Shown: one piece after another, positions 27,208-36,015 of the stretch
How the letters are laid out: the number at the start of each line of letters is the position of its first letter
Numbering within the stretch: the stretch's first letter is position 1
Source of the DNA: a virus
Taxonomy: Duplodnaviria > Caudoviricetes
Reading direction: 5' to 3' (one strand)
DNA length: 64,000 nt
IMG/VR virus record: IMGVR_UViG_3300017754_001850
Span: 2,451 to 66,450 of that record
Notes under the pieces: model-generated
The model's input: only the letters and a program-made list of their open reading frames with translations
Database searches by the model: none
What the model was told of the DNA's origin: nothing
Position numbers and translations under genes: made by a program

Positions 27208-27795
27208 CTACGCATGGCGCGCCACCTTATTCCCGCGAATCCAACACGCTACCTCACCCCGCGTCAGATCTCGCATCGCGCTATCGAAACGGAAGCCATA
27301 GGACTCCGAATAGTAGTCTCCAGATGGCACCAGCGACTCGTACCACGTCAAGAGCGCGTCTTCCGGGATATCGTGCAACCGCTCCACCGTATCCCATTGC
27401 AACTCGAACGTGCATTTCAGCGCGTCAATAAACTCACGCCATCCAAACGAAGACCAAGCGCGATGGTATTCCTCGTTTTCACGTTCCGACAAATCCATAT
27501 CATCCAACACGCAATGATCTTCTAGCGTAGACTCCAGTTCCTCAAGTTCCGCCAATCGTTCCGGACTCACAATGATAATCTCGTACCATCCCGGCCCCCA
27601 ATGTCCAAAACGATGCACTTCGCACGTGTCCGATTCGCCACCAAGGATTCGTAACGCGGCGGCGAAATTGGATTGGTCGATACAGCCGGAGTCGCGCGTT
27701 TGCGATACCGGCGCAACGTACCAGTCTTGTTGGTCTGGTAAGCCAAGGCCATTGCAATCGAAGCCAGTAGGCTGGAAGTCTTTGTATTGTTTCAT
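27208..27795 (-). CDS. hypothetical acidic protein
   Basis: 195 aa; SD AAGGAG. Confidence 0.75.
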   Translation of the reverse strand: MKQYKDFQPTGFDCNGLGLPDQQDWYVAPVSQTRDSGCIDQSNFAAALRILGGESDTCEVHRFGHWGPGWYEIIIVSPERLAELEELESTLEDHCVLDDMDLSERENEEYHRAWSSFGWREFIDALKCTFELQWDTVERLHDIPEDALLTWYESLVPSGDYYSESYGFRFDSAMRDLTRGEVACWIRGNKVARHA

Positions 27796-27866
27796 TGTCG
27801 GCTCCTTATTGGCGCGGTAGTCCGCTCCCCAATGGCCACTCGCTAGAATGGCGCAAAGGGATGGGA

Positions 27867-28166
27867 CTAGGCAATCCGTTCGCCCGTCACGTTGTCAAAC
27901 CATACCGCAATGCGGTATCCGTATCCGGGAACTTTATAGATCCCCTTAGTTACATTGTTATTACGCTGGTAGAATGACTTTTCATCCGTCTCAACCAGCG
28001 TGCCGATAGTCCCTTTTCGGAGTAGTGCCGACGGACGCCAGCATGTATCGCACTCCTGCCATACGCGCTTCCATCCGTTGCTATCGCGCTCATATCCCCG
28101 TGAACGGGTGATGGCTGTGAAGCCGTTGTGCTTATCTAGCACGTTGAGTGTAGTTGGTAGTGTCAT
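27867..28166 (-). CDS. hypothetical protein
   Basis: SD GGGGAG. Confidence 0.65.
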   Translation of the reverse strand: MTLPTTLNVLDKHNGFTAITRSRGYERDSNGWKRVWQECDTCWRPSALLRKGTIGTLVETDEKSFYQRNNNVTKGIYKVPGYGYRIAVWFDNVTGERIA

Positions 28167-28203
28167 TTTCTCCCCTTTTCCGCGCCGTTAGCGCGTGTGT
28201 GTT

Positions 28204-28256
28204 GAGCGGAATCCCGCCCATCAGCAGCACAGTATACCGCTGGTGGGGAGGACTAA
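28204..28256 (-). repeat. early-operon intergenic hairpin element E1
   Basis: Long imperfect stem starting at a TAG stop; 12-mer GGGATTCCGCTC shared with E2. Confidence 0.65.
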
Positions 28257-28516
28257 TCCCCTATAAACTCGCACGCTAAATCATTAGCGGTGGCGTATGC
28301 CGATTCACGCCCGTGCAGTCTAGCGTCAAGCGTTAGCAACGCGCGAATAACCTTGAATATCAGGTAGTGCAGTCTCATATCGTCTCCTCATGCGCCTTTC
28401 CATACACTTCGCTCAAATCCTTGCCGTACACTTGCCGTTGATCGCACAGCGTAACGTATACGCCATCCGTGCGGAAGTCTACTGACAACACGGCGGTCTC
28501 CAACCATCGCACGATT

Positions 28517-28780
28517 TTACGCATGACAAGCACACCCCTTAATATTGCAAGGCGTACCGCCGGCGTCGATAATCGCTTGCTTCGCTTCAGCCGGCGTAGC
28601 GTAAGTGCGTTGCTTGTACGTCACCACTTCGCCCGCATCATTGCGCCATGATCGCCCGCCCATGACAGCGCTGCGATCAGCGGGAATGATGTCGCAGCAT
28701 CCCATAGGGACACTGCCTGCCAGCGAGTATCGCCCGTATGCCTTGGCGTCTTTGTTGTCGATCAGCATGATATGCGTCAT
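28517..28780 (-). CDS. hypothetical protein
   Basis: ATG 28780 after GAGGAG. Confidence 0.6.
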   Translation of the reverse strand: MTHIMLIDNKDAKAYGRYSLAGSVPMGCCDIIPADRSAVMGGRSWRNDAGEVVTYKQRTYATPAEAKQAIIDAGGTPCNIKGCACHA

Positions 28781-28825
28781 ATCGTCTCTCCTCTCCACCG
28801 TCTGTAATATCTCCCGCAAAGTCAT

Positions 28826-28864
28826 CCCACCGCAACCCGCACGTGTCACCAGGGATGCGGTAGG
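28826..28864 (-). repeat. early-operon intergenic hairpin element E6
   Basis: CCTACCGCA.CCC/GGG.TGCGGTGGG stem. Confidence 0.5.
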
Positions 28865-28893
28865 AAAGGGGAAGGTATGTTGGGGGCATATGG

Positions 28894-29085
28894 TTAGTAC
28901 ATCTTTCTGACTTCATTCCGAAGCCGGGTTAGCTCGTCGATCAGATCGACAACCGCATAATCGGCTTGCTTTGCGGCGGCCATGCGATCAGCGTTATGGG
29001 CGGGCATCGCCATCAACACGCCGATAGCGTCCTGTACTTTTTTCTCGGCAGCGTTAATGAAAGGGAAAGCGGATTCGATATTCAT
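28894..29085 (-). CDS. hypothetical protein
   Basis: 63 aa helical ORF. Confidence 0.6.
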   Translation of the reverse strand: MNIESAFPFINAAEKKVQDAIGVLMAMPAHNADRMAAAKQADYAVVDLIDELTRLRNEVRKMY

Positions 29086-29088
29086 GGC

Positions 29089-29352
29089 TTACATCTCATC
29101 AATCATGCGAATCGCATCAACCAGCGAAGTACAAGCGATGGAACCGTTAAACGTGGGCGAATCCACAAACCAGTCGCGCGAAGTGCCACCAGCGCGCTTG
29201 CCGCCTTCGATAGTGAACGTATTGCCGTAGCGCTCCACGGTCCAAGTATACGGACCAGGTTTCTGGAAGTTTGATAAGTGCGTAGTGTACACGCGACGAC
29301 CACTAACGATTAGCGTGCCAGGGATCAGTTTTTGAATCTCAGTGTTGGTCAT
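29089..29352 (-). CDS. first gene of the leftward early operon, hypothetical
   Basis: ATG 29352 after GAGGAG. Confidence 0.65.
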   Translation of the reverse strand: MTNTEIQKLIPGTLIVSGRRVYTTHLSNFQKPGPYTWTVERYGNTFTIEGGKRAGGTSRDWFVDSPTFNGSIACTSLVDAIRMIDEM

Positions 29353-29389
29353 CTGGTTTCTCTCCTCGCCACCAATCGGTGACATCCCC

Positions 29390-29418
29390 ATAGTAGGGTA
29401 ACTCCGTAACGCGGTCAA
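29390..29418 (-). promoter_or_regulatory. strong sigma70-type early promoter
   Basis: TTGACC-17nt-TACTAT. Confidence 0.75.
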
Positions 29419-29497
29419 GCGATAAAACAATGTATAAATACTTGTAATGCAAGTAGGTACCAGCATAAGCCGGGGCCATATGGCATACGATGTATGC

Positions 29498-30142
29498 ATG
29501 GCAACGCAATACCTCGAAGCCCCAAGCAAGCACCTCAAACGTTCAACCCGCGTTCGATCCAGAGCAAGTGAGACTATCGACCAAGCGAACCAAGATCCGG
29601 ACGCGCCAGTACAATGGCCTCCAGCTATAAGGGGTGCCCTGCGAATCCTAACGTACAAACAGCGCCGATTCGCGGTAGGCGTTGCGGCCGGATTGCCCAA
29701 GGTGGAAGCGTACAGGCAAGCATATGACGTGGCAGAGGATAGGAACGTTGACAGTCTCATGCCTGAGGCGTGCGCGGTACTGCGTAACCCCATAGTGTCG
29801 ACAGCCATAGACCTATTAGTCGATTGGAATAGTCGAGAATGGTTATTTGACGACAAAGAAGCCGTCGAAGTACACCTTCTACGTCTAGATGAAGCATCAC
29901 AGCACGCGGAAAAAGCGAGCGATAGGATTGCAGCATCCGTGGCAATCCTTAAAGCGAAGGGGGCCTTTGTGTCCAGGTCCGAGGTCCGGCATATCCATAC
30001 CCTAGACGCAGACAGTACAAAGGGTATCGTGGCCGAGTTAGCCAACTTGCTCGGGACGCCTGAATCGAAACCCCCCAAGCTAATCGAATCGGCCAGCGTT
30101 GCAAGCGTTGAGTTTACCGATCCAGATTCCACCGACTCATAA
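29498..30142 (+). CDS. terS: terminase small subunit
   Basis: LTYKQRRFA.GVAAGLPKVEAYRQAY...A.AVLRNPIV HTH typical of TerS. Start uncertain (29447, 29480 or 29498). Confidence 0.75.
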   Translation: MATQYLEAPSKHLKRSTRVRSRASETIDQANQDPDAPVQWPPAIRGALRILTYKQRRFAVGVAAGLPKVEAYRQAYDVAEDRNVDSLMPEACAVLRNPIVSTAIDLLVDWNSREWLFDDKEAVEVHLLRLDEASQHAEKASDRIAASVAILKAKGAFVSRSEVRHIHTLDADSTKGIVAELANLLGTPESKPPKLIESASVASVEFTDPDSTDS

Positions 30143-30159
30143 GGTATAGGTTCTGGTTC

Positions 30160-30390
30160 GGCGCTTCGCCAGGTGAGCCGAGATTCGCCAGGTGAGAGTA
30201 TGACCGCGCCGCGATAGCAGGCCGGATTCGACCCCGGCCCCGATCGAGAGCCCACCCCTACCCGGCCCCCCTGTTCCCGTGTCCCGCCTCGCCCGCGCAT
30301 TTGGTATAAGCACAATGACGTCCTAGCTACCCACCTGGGTCGCCCCAAAAATTTCCCAAAAATTCTCCTGGGGGTCGACGGCTAGGAGAC
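30160..30390. other. putative packaging (pac/terminus) region
   Basis: TTCGCCAGGTGAG x2, C-rich skewed tract and phased CCCAAAAATT x2, directly after terS. Confidence 0.45.
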
Positions 30391-30480
30391 CCGTATTTGC
30401 CGACCATAAACTCAGCCTTGGAGTTTAGGTTCACATGTAGGTGGTAGCGGGCTGGTGCCACGTTAATCCGCCTCAGAAGG

Positions 30481-30772
30481 CCGTGTTCCAGCCGTGTTCC
30501 AACCTGTTCCGGTCGTGTTCCGGTCGTGTTCCGGCTTAAGTCCTTTCTTTTCTTATATTTATATTATATTGGAACACTGGAACATAATATTATATAAAAA
30601 CGTGTAAGGGTGAATTAGGTATATATAGGCTTGTGTTGTATGTATATCGCATAAGGGAGTTGGAGAGAGAATGCGAGCGGAACACGTTCCGGCGTGTTCC
30701 GGCATCTAAAGCCATGATTCTAAAAAAGTTAACCCGGAACTCCAGCATTTTCTGCCGTGTTCCGGGTGTTCC
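30481..30772. repeat. iteron-type replication origin (TGTTCC repeats around an AT-rich core)
   Basis: 8 direct TGTTCC plus 3 inverted GGAACA and 2 variants; AT-rich 30541-30655; abuts the D5/P4 helicase gene. Confidence 0.75.
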
Positions 30773-30798
30773 GGTTACGAATTCACCTCGACGTGGTG

Positions 30799-32283
30799 TT
30801 ATGTAATTCTTACACCCTTTACGTGGCGGTACTTTGCTTGCGATCCCTCCGAGGTCGGGTTCTTCTCGACGACGAGTCCAGCCTCACGCGCCATATCAAG
30901 GATATTCGATGCAGACCACCTTCCCGGCATCGATGACTTGAATCGATCGATGAAGACTGAGGTTCTGGTGTCAGAGTGCTGGTCACGTTCGCAGTAATGT
31001 TCAAGGAAGGTCAGCATAGGGTTCTGGTCATCGCGATACTCAGCAATCTCAGCCACGCCTGGGTCAGAAAATCGGCCACCCTGATTGTGCAGTCGCTGCG
31101 CCCCCTCCAAAGCCCACGACAAAATTCCGTCGATCTCGCCCTTCAGCCGATCCCAAACGGTCGTATCCTGCTCGCTGGCGGGGATGACGTGGTTGAAGTG
31201 GATCAGGAGAAGGCGTCGGTATGTGGCGTTGGACTTGTCGTTGATGCGCGGCTTCTTGTTGGTGACGATGACGTGCTTACAGATGGGGATGTCCATCACC
31301 GGGGCGAGGTGCTTGGGGTCGAAAAGGATCGGCTCCTCAGTAGACACGAGTGTTTTGAAGCCGCCATCGGCGATCATTGCGTCAGATGTGAGTTCAGTGA
31401 GCAGGTTGACGAGCTTGCCGAGTAGAGGGGCGCGCTTCCGGTCGTCATCCATATGTTCAACGCTAACGGCGGCGATGTTCTCGCTGCCCAAAAGCTGCCG
31501 GAGAAGGTAAGGAATGGTCGACTTTCCGCAATCCGACTCGCCGACGCACAGCAAAGCCTTCTTGTAGCGGGCGTGCGGCATCAAGCAGTAGCCAAAATAC
31601 TCCTGTAGCGCAGCAATTTTGAGTTCTCCGTCGTCGTCCTTGCCGAAATACGTGTCCAGGCACCGCATGAGTTCAGGGCACTGGGACTTCTGGTTGTACT
31701 CCCACGGTATGCAGGTCTGGAGGTAATCTTCCTTCCGGTGAGGGTACATTTTCATGTCACGGATGTCGATTACACCGTTCGCGACTGGCACCTCGTAGGG
31801 CTGGATCTGCCGCCACTCGTGTTTATTTGTGTAAATTTTCGTAGTAATGTATGAGGTGATCTCGGCGCGGCGGTTCTTGGTGGTGGTTTTCTTGCCGTCA
31901 GCCTCAAGAGCGAGAATATTGAGCCTGGATGCCGCGATAGGCACCCATTTCTTCCCGTCGTACTCGTAAAGGTTGTCGTTGACGTTAATAAAGTCGTGGG
32001 TTTTAAGCAATTTCTCGGCGATATCGTTCGGCTGGGCCTCTTTCTCCTCCGGTTCGTCCTCTTCGACGACCTGCTTCGCCTTCACGGCCTTATCCAGCGC
32101 TGAAAGGTTGATGTCCTTGAGCCATTTTTTGATTGCTGTCCGATTTATCTGGTAGACCTCAATGTCCATCGCGGCCAGTGTGGAGGTCATACCCCAGATC
32201 ATCGCCGGGTTGTTCTGCTTTAACGCCTCGTTCACCTCTTCATCGAGAAGCGGGTCGTCGATATACTCGGTTACCGGCTCCAT
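30799..32283 (-). CDS. P4/D5-family SF3 replicative helicase
   Basis: D5_N-like region, GESDCGKST Walker A, GKLVNLLTE, TNKKP..DKSNATYRRL. Confidence 0.9.
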   Translation of the reverse strand: MEPVTEYIDDPLLDEEVNEALKQNNPAMIWGMTSTLAAMDIEVYQINRTAIKKWLKDINLSALDKAVKAKQVVEEDEPEEKEAQPNDIAEKLLKTHDFINVNDNLYEYDGKKWVPIAASRLNILALEADGKKTTTKNRRAEITSYITTKIYTNKHEWRQIQPYEVPVANGVIDIRDMKMYPHRKEDYLQTCIPWEYNQKSQCPELMRCLDTYFGKDDDGELKIAALQEYFGYCLMPHARYKKALLCVGESDCGKSTIPYLLRQLLGSENIAAVSVEHMDDDRKRAPLLGKLVNLLTELTSDAMIADGGFKTLVSTEEPILFDPKHLAPVMDIPICKHVIVTNKKPRINDKSNATYRRLLLIHFNHVIPASEQDTTVWDRLKGEIDGILSWALEGAQRLHNQGGRFSDPGVAEIAEYRDDQNPMLTFLEHYCERDQHSDTRTSVFIDRFKSSMPGRWSASNILDMAREAGLVVEKNPTSEGSQAKYRHVKGVRIT

Positions 32284-32816
32284 TGCAGGAACTCCTTCAC
32301 CAGCGACTCGACGGTCGGCTTGGCGTGGTCGGCGGCTGACTGGCGCAGGAGCGCGGCCTGCTCGGTAGTGCGCTGCTCTTGGTAGGCGGCGAGAATGTGC
32401 TGGCGTGTCATATAATCCAAGTCTTCGAGGAATGGGATGGATGTTTCGTAGTCGGGAGCGTTAACCATCTGCAGTCGGGTGAGACGACGCCACTCCATCG
32501 CCTCGTCGTGCAGGCGTTGGGCTTTAATCGCTTCGTAGGGGTGAACGGCAGGCTGTCGGGTGAGATGGATATTCAATTCAGAGGCGAGTAGTCGGATGGC
32601 GGCGGAGGTGGTGATGGAGTGGTATTTCGAGGCGAAGGTGATTAGGTCGCCACCAACCCCGCAGGCGTGGCACTTGAAGTACGCCGCGTGCAGCTTTAGT
32701 GATGGTGTTCGCTCTTTATGCCACTGGCAAAGCGCAGTTCCATTCTTGATCTTTATAAACCTGCTTGCGTATTCATCGACGCGCAAAGACGCCTTTATTT
32801 GCTGGATTGGCGTCAT
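32271..32816 (-). CDS. stand-alone CHC2 zinc-finger (primase ZBD) protein
   Basis: LCQWHKERTPSL...FKCHACGVGGD.I.F; no TOPRIM domain follows. Confidence 0.85.
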   Translation of the reverse strand: MTPIQQIKASLRVDEYASRFIKIKNGTALCQWHKERTPSLKLHAAYFKCHACGVGGDLITFASKYHSITTSAAIRLLASELNIHLTRQPAVHPYEAIKAQRLHDEAMEWRRLTRLQMVNAPDYETSIPFLEDLDYMTRQHILAAYQEQRTTEQAALLRQSAADHAKPTVESLVKEFLQWSR

Positions 32817-32818
32817 GG

Positions 32819-33310
32819 CTATGCCCTATGTCGAACGGGAGTGGTTAATGCTTTCTCAATAGGCCAGCTAGCTAGAACAATCCGATACCAAATAGCCGTC
32901 CTGTCTATCCCTGTTTCAGCGGCCCACTCGTCTGCGGTTTGGGTCTTCCCGTTAAACTCAAACCTTCTGACGTTGCGCCGGTTCCTGTTTTGTTCAGTAG
33001 CAGTAGACCACTTTACGTTACCAGGCTCGTACCCCTTAGAGTTGTCGATCCTATCAAGCGAATGCTTGTTGGTTGGGCGACGGCCAACGTCACGCAAGAA
33101 CGCTTGGTAGCTGTCTGCCCATTCCTTGCATACCGTGATTCCGCGAGATCCGTACCATTTTTTGTACTCTCTTGATTCGACACTTAAGCAGCGCCTTTTC
33201 ATGCACTCCCATGCGCGATATTCTGGCGATCTCTGACCACTTTTATTGCGGGCCTCCCCATGAGATTCACGGAAAATGCCAGTGCTTGGATTTCTGTGTT
33301 CCGGTGTCAT
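32819..33310 (-). CDS. HNH homing endonuclease
   Basis: EYRAW..MKRRC, RGITVC.EW, SLDRIDN.KGYEPGNVKW.T..EQ..NRR. Confidence 0.9.
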   Translation of the reverse strand: MTPEHRNPSTGIFRESHGEARNKSGQRSPEYRAWECMKRRCLSVESREYKKWYGSRGITVCKEWADSYQAFLRDVGRRPTNKHSLDRIDNSKGYEPGNVKWSTATEQNRNRRNVRRFEFNGKTQTADEWAAETGIDRTAIWYRIVLASWPIEKALTTPVRHRA

Positions 33311-33465
33311 TTCGCCGCCTTTTTCGCCTGCGGAACAGCCTTTTCAAGCACGGTGACGATGTAGTCGCTGAGGGTGAGGCGGGCCTTCGCGGCCTCGATC
33401 CTAGCGAGGTAGTGAAGGTTGTCCGGCATTCGGACGGTGGTGGCAACTCTGGGGGTGGTCTGCAT
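33307..33465 (-). CDS. RHH (Arc-like) DNA-binding protein, 52 aa
   Basis: MQTTPRVATTVRMPDNLHYLARIEAAKARLTLSDYIVTVLEKAVPQAKKAAK; ATGA-coupled to the HNH gene. Confidence 0.75.
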   Translation of the reverse strand: MQTTPRVATTVRMPDNLHYLARIEAAKARLTLSDYIVTVLEKAVPQAKKAAK

Positions 33466-33496
33466 CTGGGATTCTCTGATGTATGGCTAGAACCCA

Positions 33497-33527
33497 AGTC
33501 TACGCCCCTTGACCCTATTCGGTCAAG
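33497..33527 (-). promoter_or_regulatory. promoter with palindromic operator over the -35
   Basis: TTGACC-18nt-TAGACT; CTTGACC-N6-GGTCAAG. Confidence 0.55.
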
Positions 33528-33544
33528 CGCCAAAATACCGTCAC

Positions 33545-33937
33545 CTATTTTATTTTCGTAACGGCCTCGGCGAGCGCGGCCATGCCGCCTTCCAGGTCGT
33601 GGGCGATCACGTAAATCCCCCCGCAGCGCTTAACGGTAGCCTCAAACTTCTCCTGCGCTTCCCGCTGCGTATCCTTGCCAATCTTCACTTCGATATGGCA
33701 CACCACCGCTACTCCATTGATGTGGATCCAGCCGCTCACATCGCCAGATCCGACGACGCCGTATTGCACGGGGCGGAACCATGGTGGCGTAATCCCACGC
33801 ACGATAAACTCAAACGCTCGTTTGAATGTCTGTATGGGGTATGCGGAGCCTACGTTCTGACGGAAAAGTCTACTGAGCGGGTACTTTTTCTGAACGGCTT
33901 CGATGAGCCGATTCTGCAAATTGGTAGCTTCGCTCAC
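33545..33937 (-). CDS. VRR-NUC / PD-(D/E)xK nuclease
   Basis: GSGDVSG...HIEVK.GKD.Q.EAQ.KF. Confidence 0.85.
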   Translation of the reverse strand: MSEATNLQNRLIEAVQKKYPLSRLFRQNVGSAYPIQTFKRAFEFIVRGITPPWFRPVQYGVVGSGDVSGWIHINGVAVVCHIEVKIGKDTQREAQEKFEATVKRCGGIYVIAHDLEGGMAALAEAVTKIK

Positions 33938-35373
33938 GCCCTCATTTTGGCATACGCGGCGCGGATAATCTCAGGGGTTGGTTTTTCCTTGAATAATCCC
34001 ATAAAACGTCCCCAGGCGAACCCTTTTTTATACCCGCGATCTTCCGCCATTTTCAACCAGTCCGCCATCTTTTTGATCTTCACATCGTCGCCAGCGCGTG
34101 CGACGTACCGCTTGATGGCTTCGGCCTTCTTCTGCTTTTGGTACTCAACTAGCGCCTCGTTGCGCTCTTTGATCTCCCTGCCGGTGGCGACGTATTCCTT
34201 GCCACACTCGGGGCACGTCGGTACGTAGGAGCGGAAGACGGCAAAGCAATCTTCGCAGCGGCGGAGGGTGAGTGCGTTGTCGCGTGGTTTGGAGGAGGCG
34301 GCTTCGGCGTCGGCTAGAGTCCAGTCGCGGTCGTCAGATGACAATCCGAACCTTGCCGTGTTACCGGCGTGGTCAAGTAGGATGGCTTCTGTCTTTGGGC
34401 GCGCGATCAACTTCAACCGCTGAAACGCCTCCTCGCGCTCGGCATCTGGCGTGTTCGCGTCGATTGCCAGCGACTCAACTCCAGCCGCGCGGAATTTGGC
34501 GGCGATAGCCTCGGCGTGCGCCCTATTGACAGCGTGGCAGACTGTGGGCAGGTGTTGCGCTTTATGCAACCACTGCTGGACGATATTGCCTACGATGCCT
34601 CGCTTGAGCATCACCGTCGCCACTTGTTCCTGGTTGAAGTCGTCTCCGGTGATCTGTACGCCACTCATGTCTGGCTCGTCTGGGCACCAGACTTTCGACG
34701 GAACAAGGAACCCTTTCGATATTAGTTCGTTGGTGGTTGGTCCCATCACGATAACGTCGGCAACTCGACCAAGCCCGATCCCATCTCCGCGACAAGGCGT
34801 GGCAGTGAAGAAGATTTGCGGGATGTGCTTGTGCCGGTCAATGACCTCCAGTCGAGCCTCGGACAGCAGGAGGTGCGCCTCATCCCACACGATGCAATCA
34901 ACGTCGAGCAGAGCGTCCCGAGCCACGAGCGTATCTAGGCTGCAGATGCGCGTCTTGTGGCCGGTGTCTTTGACGCCAGCCATCTGAATAGAGTGGGGTA
35001 TTCCCATCTCCTCGAAGCGCCTGGAGAGATCGAATACAAGCAATCGGCGCACGGTAACGACAGCCACGCTCTTGCCTTTAAGATAGGCGGAGTGGGCGAG
35101 CAGTTTGGTCAGGTGACCCTTGCCTGAACCGCATGGGGAAACGCCGACTGGTTTGCGGCCAGCGCGAATAGCGGCGCGAAGGTCGTCGAGCATTTTAGTC
35201 TGGTAGCTTCGATCGCCTTCCACCGGAGGCCACGCTCTGGCAACGCGGCCACGGCGCTGGAGCCAACTACTGACGGACGCTGAAGGGTGAGCATCAATAT
35301 CGGCCATCGCCCACGGGATGTCAGCGCCAAGGCTGATGGTGTTGACTTGGCAGAGGACGTGGAGGGGCTTCAT
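33934..35373 (-). CDS. SF2 (DEAH) helicase with motifs V-VI relocated to the N-terminus and a C-terminal zinc ribbon
   Basis: RSYQ, SPCGSGK, DEAH, TATP and motif IV in order. VLCQVNTISLGADIP and WLQRRGRVAR lie in aa 1-50. Confidence 0.9.
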   Translation of the reverse strand: MKPLHVLCQVNTISLGADIPWAMADIDAHPSASVSSWLQRRGRVARAWPPVEGDRSYQTKMLDDLRAAIRAGRKPVGVSPCGSGKGHLTKLLAHSAYLKGKSVAVVTVRRLLVFDLSRRFEEMGIPHSIQMAGVKDTGHKTRICSLDTLVARDALLDVDCIVWDEAHLLLSEARLEVIDRHKHIPQIFFTATPCRGDGIGLGRVADVIVMGPTTNELISKGFLVPSKVWCPDEPDMSGVQITGDDFNQEQVATVMLKRGIVGNIVQQWLHKAQHLPTVCHAVNRAHAEAIAAKFRAAGVESLAIDANTPDAEREEAFQRLKLIARPKTEAILLDHAGNTARFGLSSDDRDWTLADAEAASSKPRDNALTLRRCEDCFAVFRSYVPTCPECGKEYVATGREIKERNEALVEYQKQKKAEAIKRYVARAGDDVKIKKMADWLKMAEDRGYKKGFAWGRFMGLFKEKPTPEIIRAAYAKMRA

Positions 35374-35534
35374 TTACTCCCCGGCACCCTAGGCTCCTGC
35401 TTCGTCTCGATGCGCTTGGCGGGCACCGTGCAGTGCCTCCAGCACGTCGACGGACTGTACAGTGACATCTCATCAGCAGGCCACTCCTGCTGGCATTGCG
35501 TACAGTAGCCGGGTGGCTGTTTGCGGCGTTTCAA
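35370..35534 (-). CDS. small Cys-rich protein
   Basis: TTG start; CTQC...CWRHC; ATGA-coupled to the helicase. Confidence 0.5.
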   Translation of the reverse strand: MKRRKQPPGYCTQCQQEWPADEMSLYSPSTCWRHCTVPAKRIETKQEPRVPGSK

Positions 35535-35695
35535 ACCTTCACCCCCATATATTCCAGCGTCTCCAGGATCAATTCTTCCGGCTCCGCCACCCCCATCGTC
35601 CAGGCAGGCCTATTATTTCTCAGCGCCTCCAGCAGCTTCGCCAGCCGCTTGGGGTCTTTGAGTTTCTTGGAAAGGGCGAGGTGTGCGGGGGTCAT
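35531..35695 (-). CDS. hypothetical protein
   Basis: TGATG coupling. Confidence 0.55.
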   Translation of the reverse strand: MTPAHLALSKKLKDPKRLAKLLEALRNNRPAWTMGVAEPEELILETLEYMGVKV

Positions 35696-36015
35696 CACTG
35701 CTCCCCCTCCGCGATCTGGAGTAGGCAGTAGGCGAGGCACGCGCACGCCGCTTCCCCGTATTGCCTTACTCCGCCAGTCGGGAAGTTTACGCTGCCGAAA
35801 GCGCCTATGTATCGATCGCGACCCATACTCCACCCTCCTCCGCGAGAACGGCATATCGCATCAGCGGTGCTCGTGCATTCAGCCTCGTCGGTGGAGAAAT
35901 CCGGCATCGGCTTCGTCTCATCCCCCGTCACGACATACCACTTGCCAGCGGGGGAGACTTGGACTTCGTAGCCGCATAGGAGGCGGCAGATGAGGGCATT
36001 TTGCTCGTTGGTCAT
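35695..36015 (-). CDS. phage ABA-sandwich-like protein
   Basis: MPDFSTD...AACACLAYCL pattern. Confidence 0.55.
   Translation of the reverse strand: MTNEQNALICRLLCGYEVQVSPAGKWYVVTGDETKPMPDFSTDEAECTSTADAICRSRGGGWSMGRDRYIGAFGSVNFPTGGVRQYGEAACACLAYCLLQIAEGEQ

Noticed and set aside
30481-30772. CRISPR array
   Set aside because: The repeats are 6-10 bp, nearly contiguous, in both orientations, and have no spacers or cas genes. They fit iterons.
32271-33310. Intron or frameshift splitting a primase gene
   Set aside because: The CHC2, HNH and D5 genes each have their own start and SD or coupling, and no missing primase exon is present.
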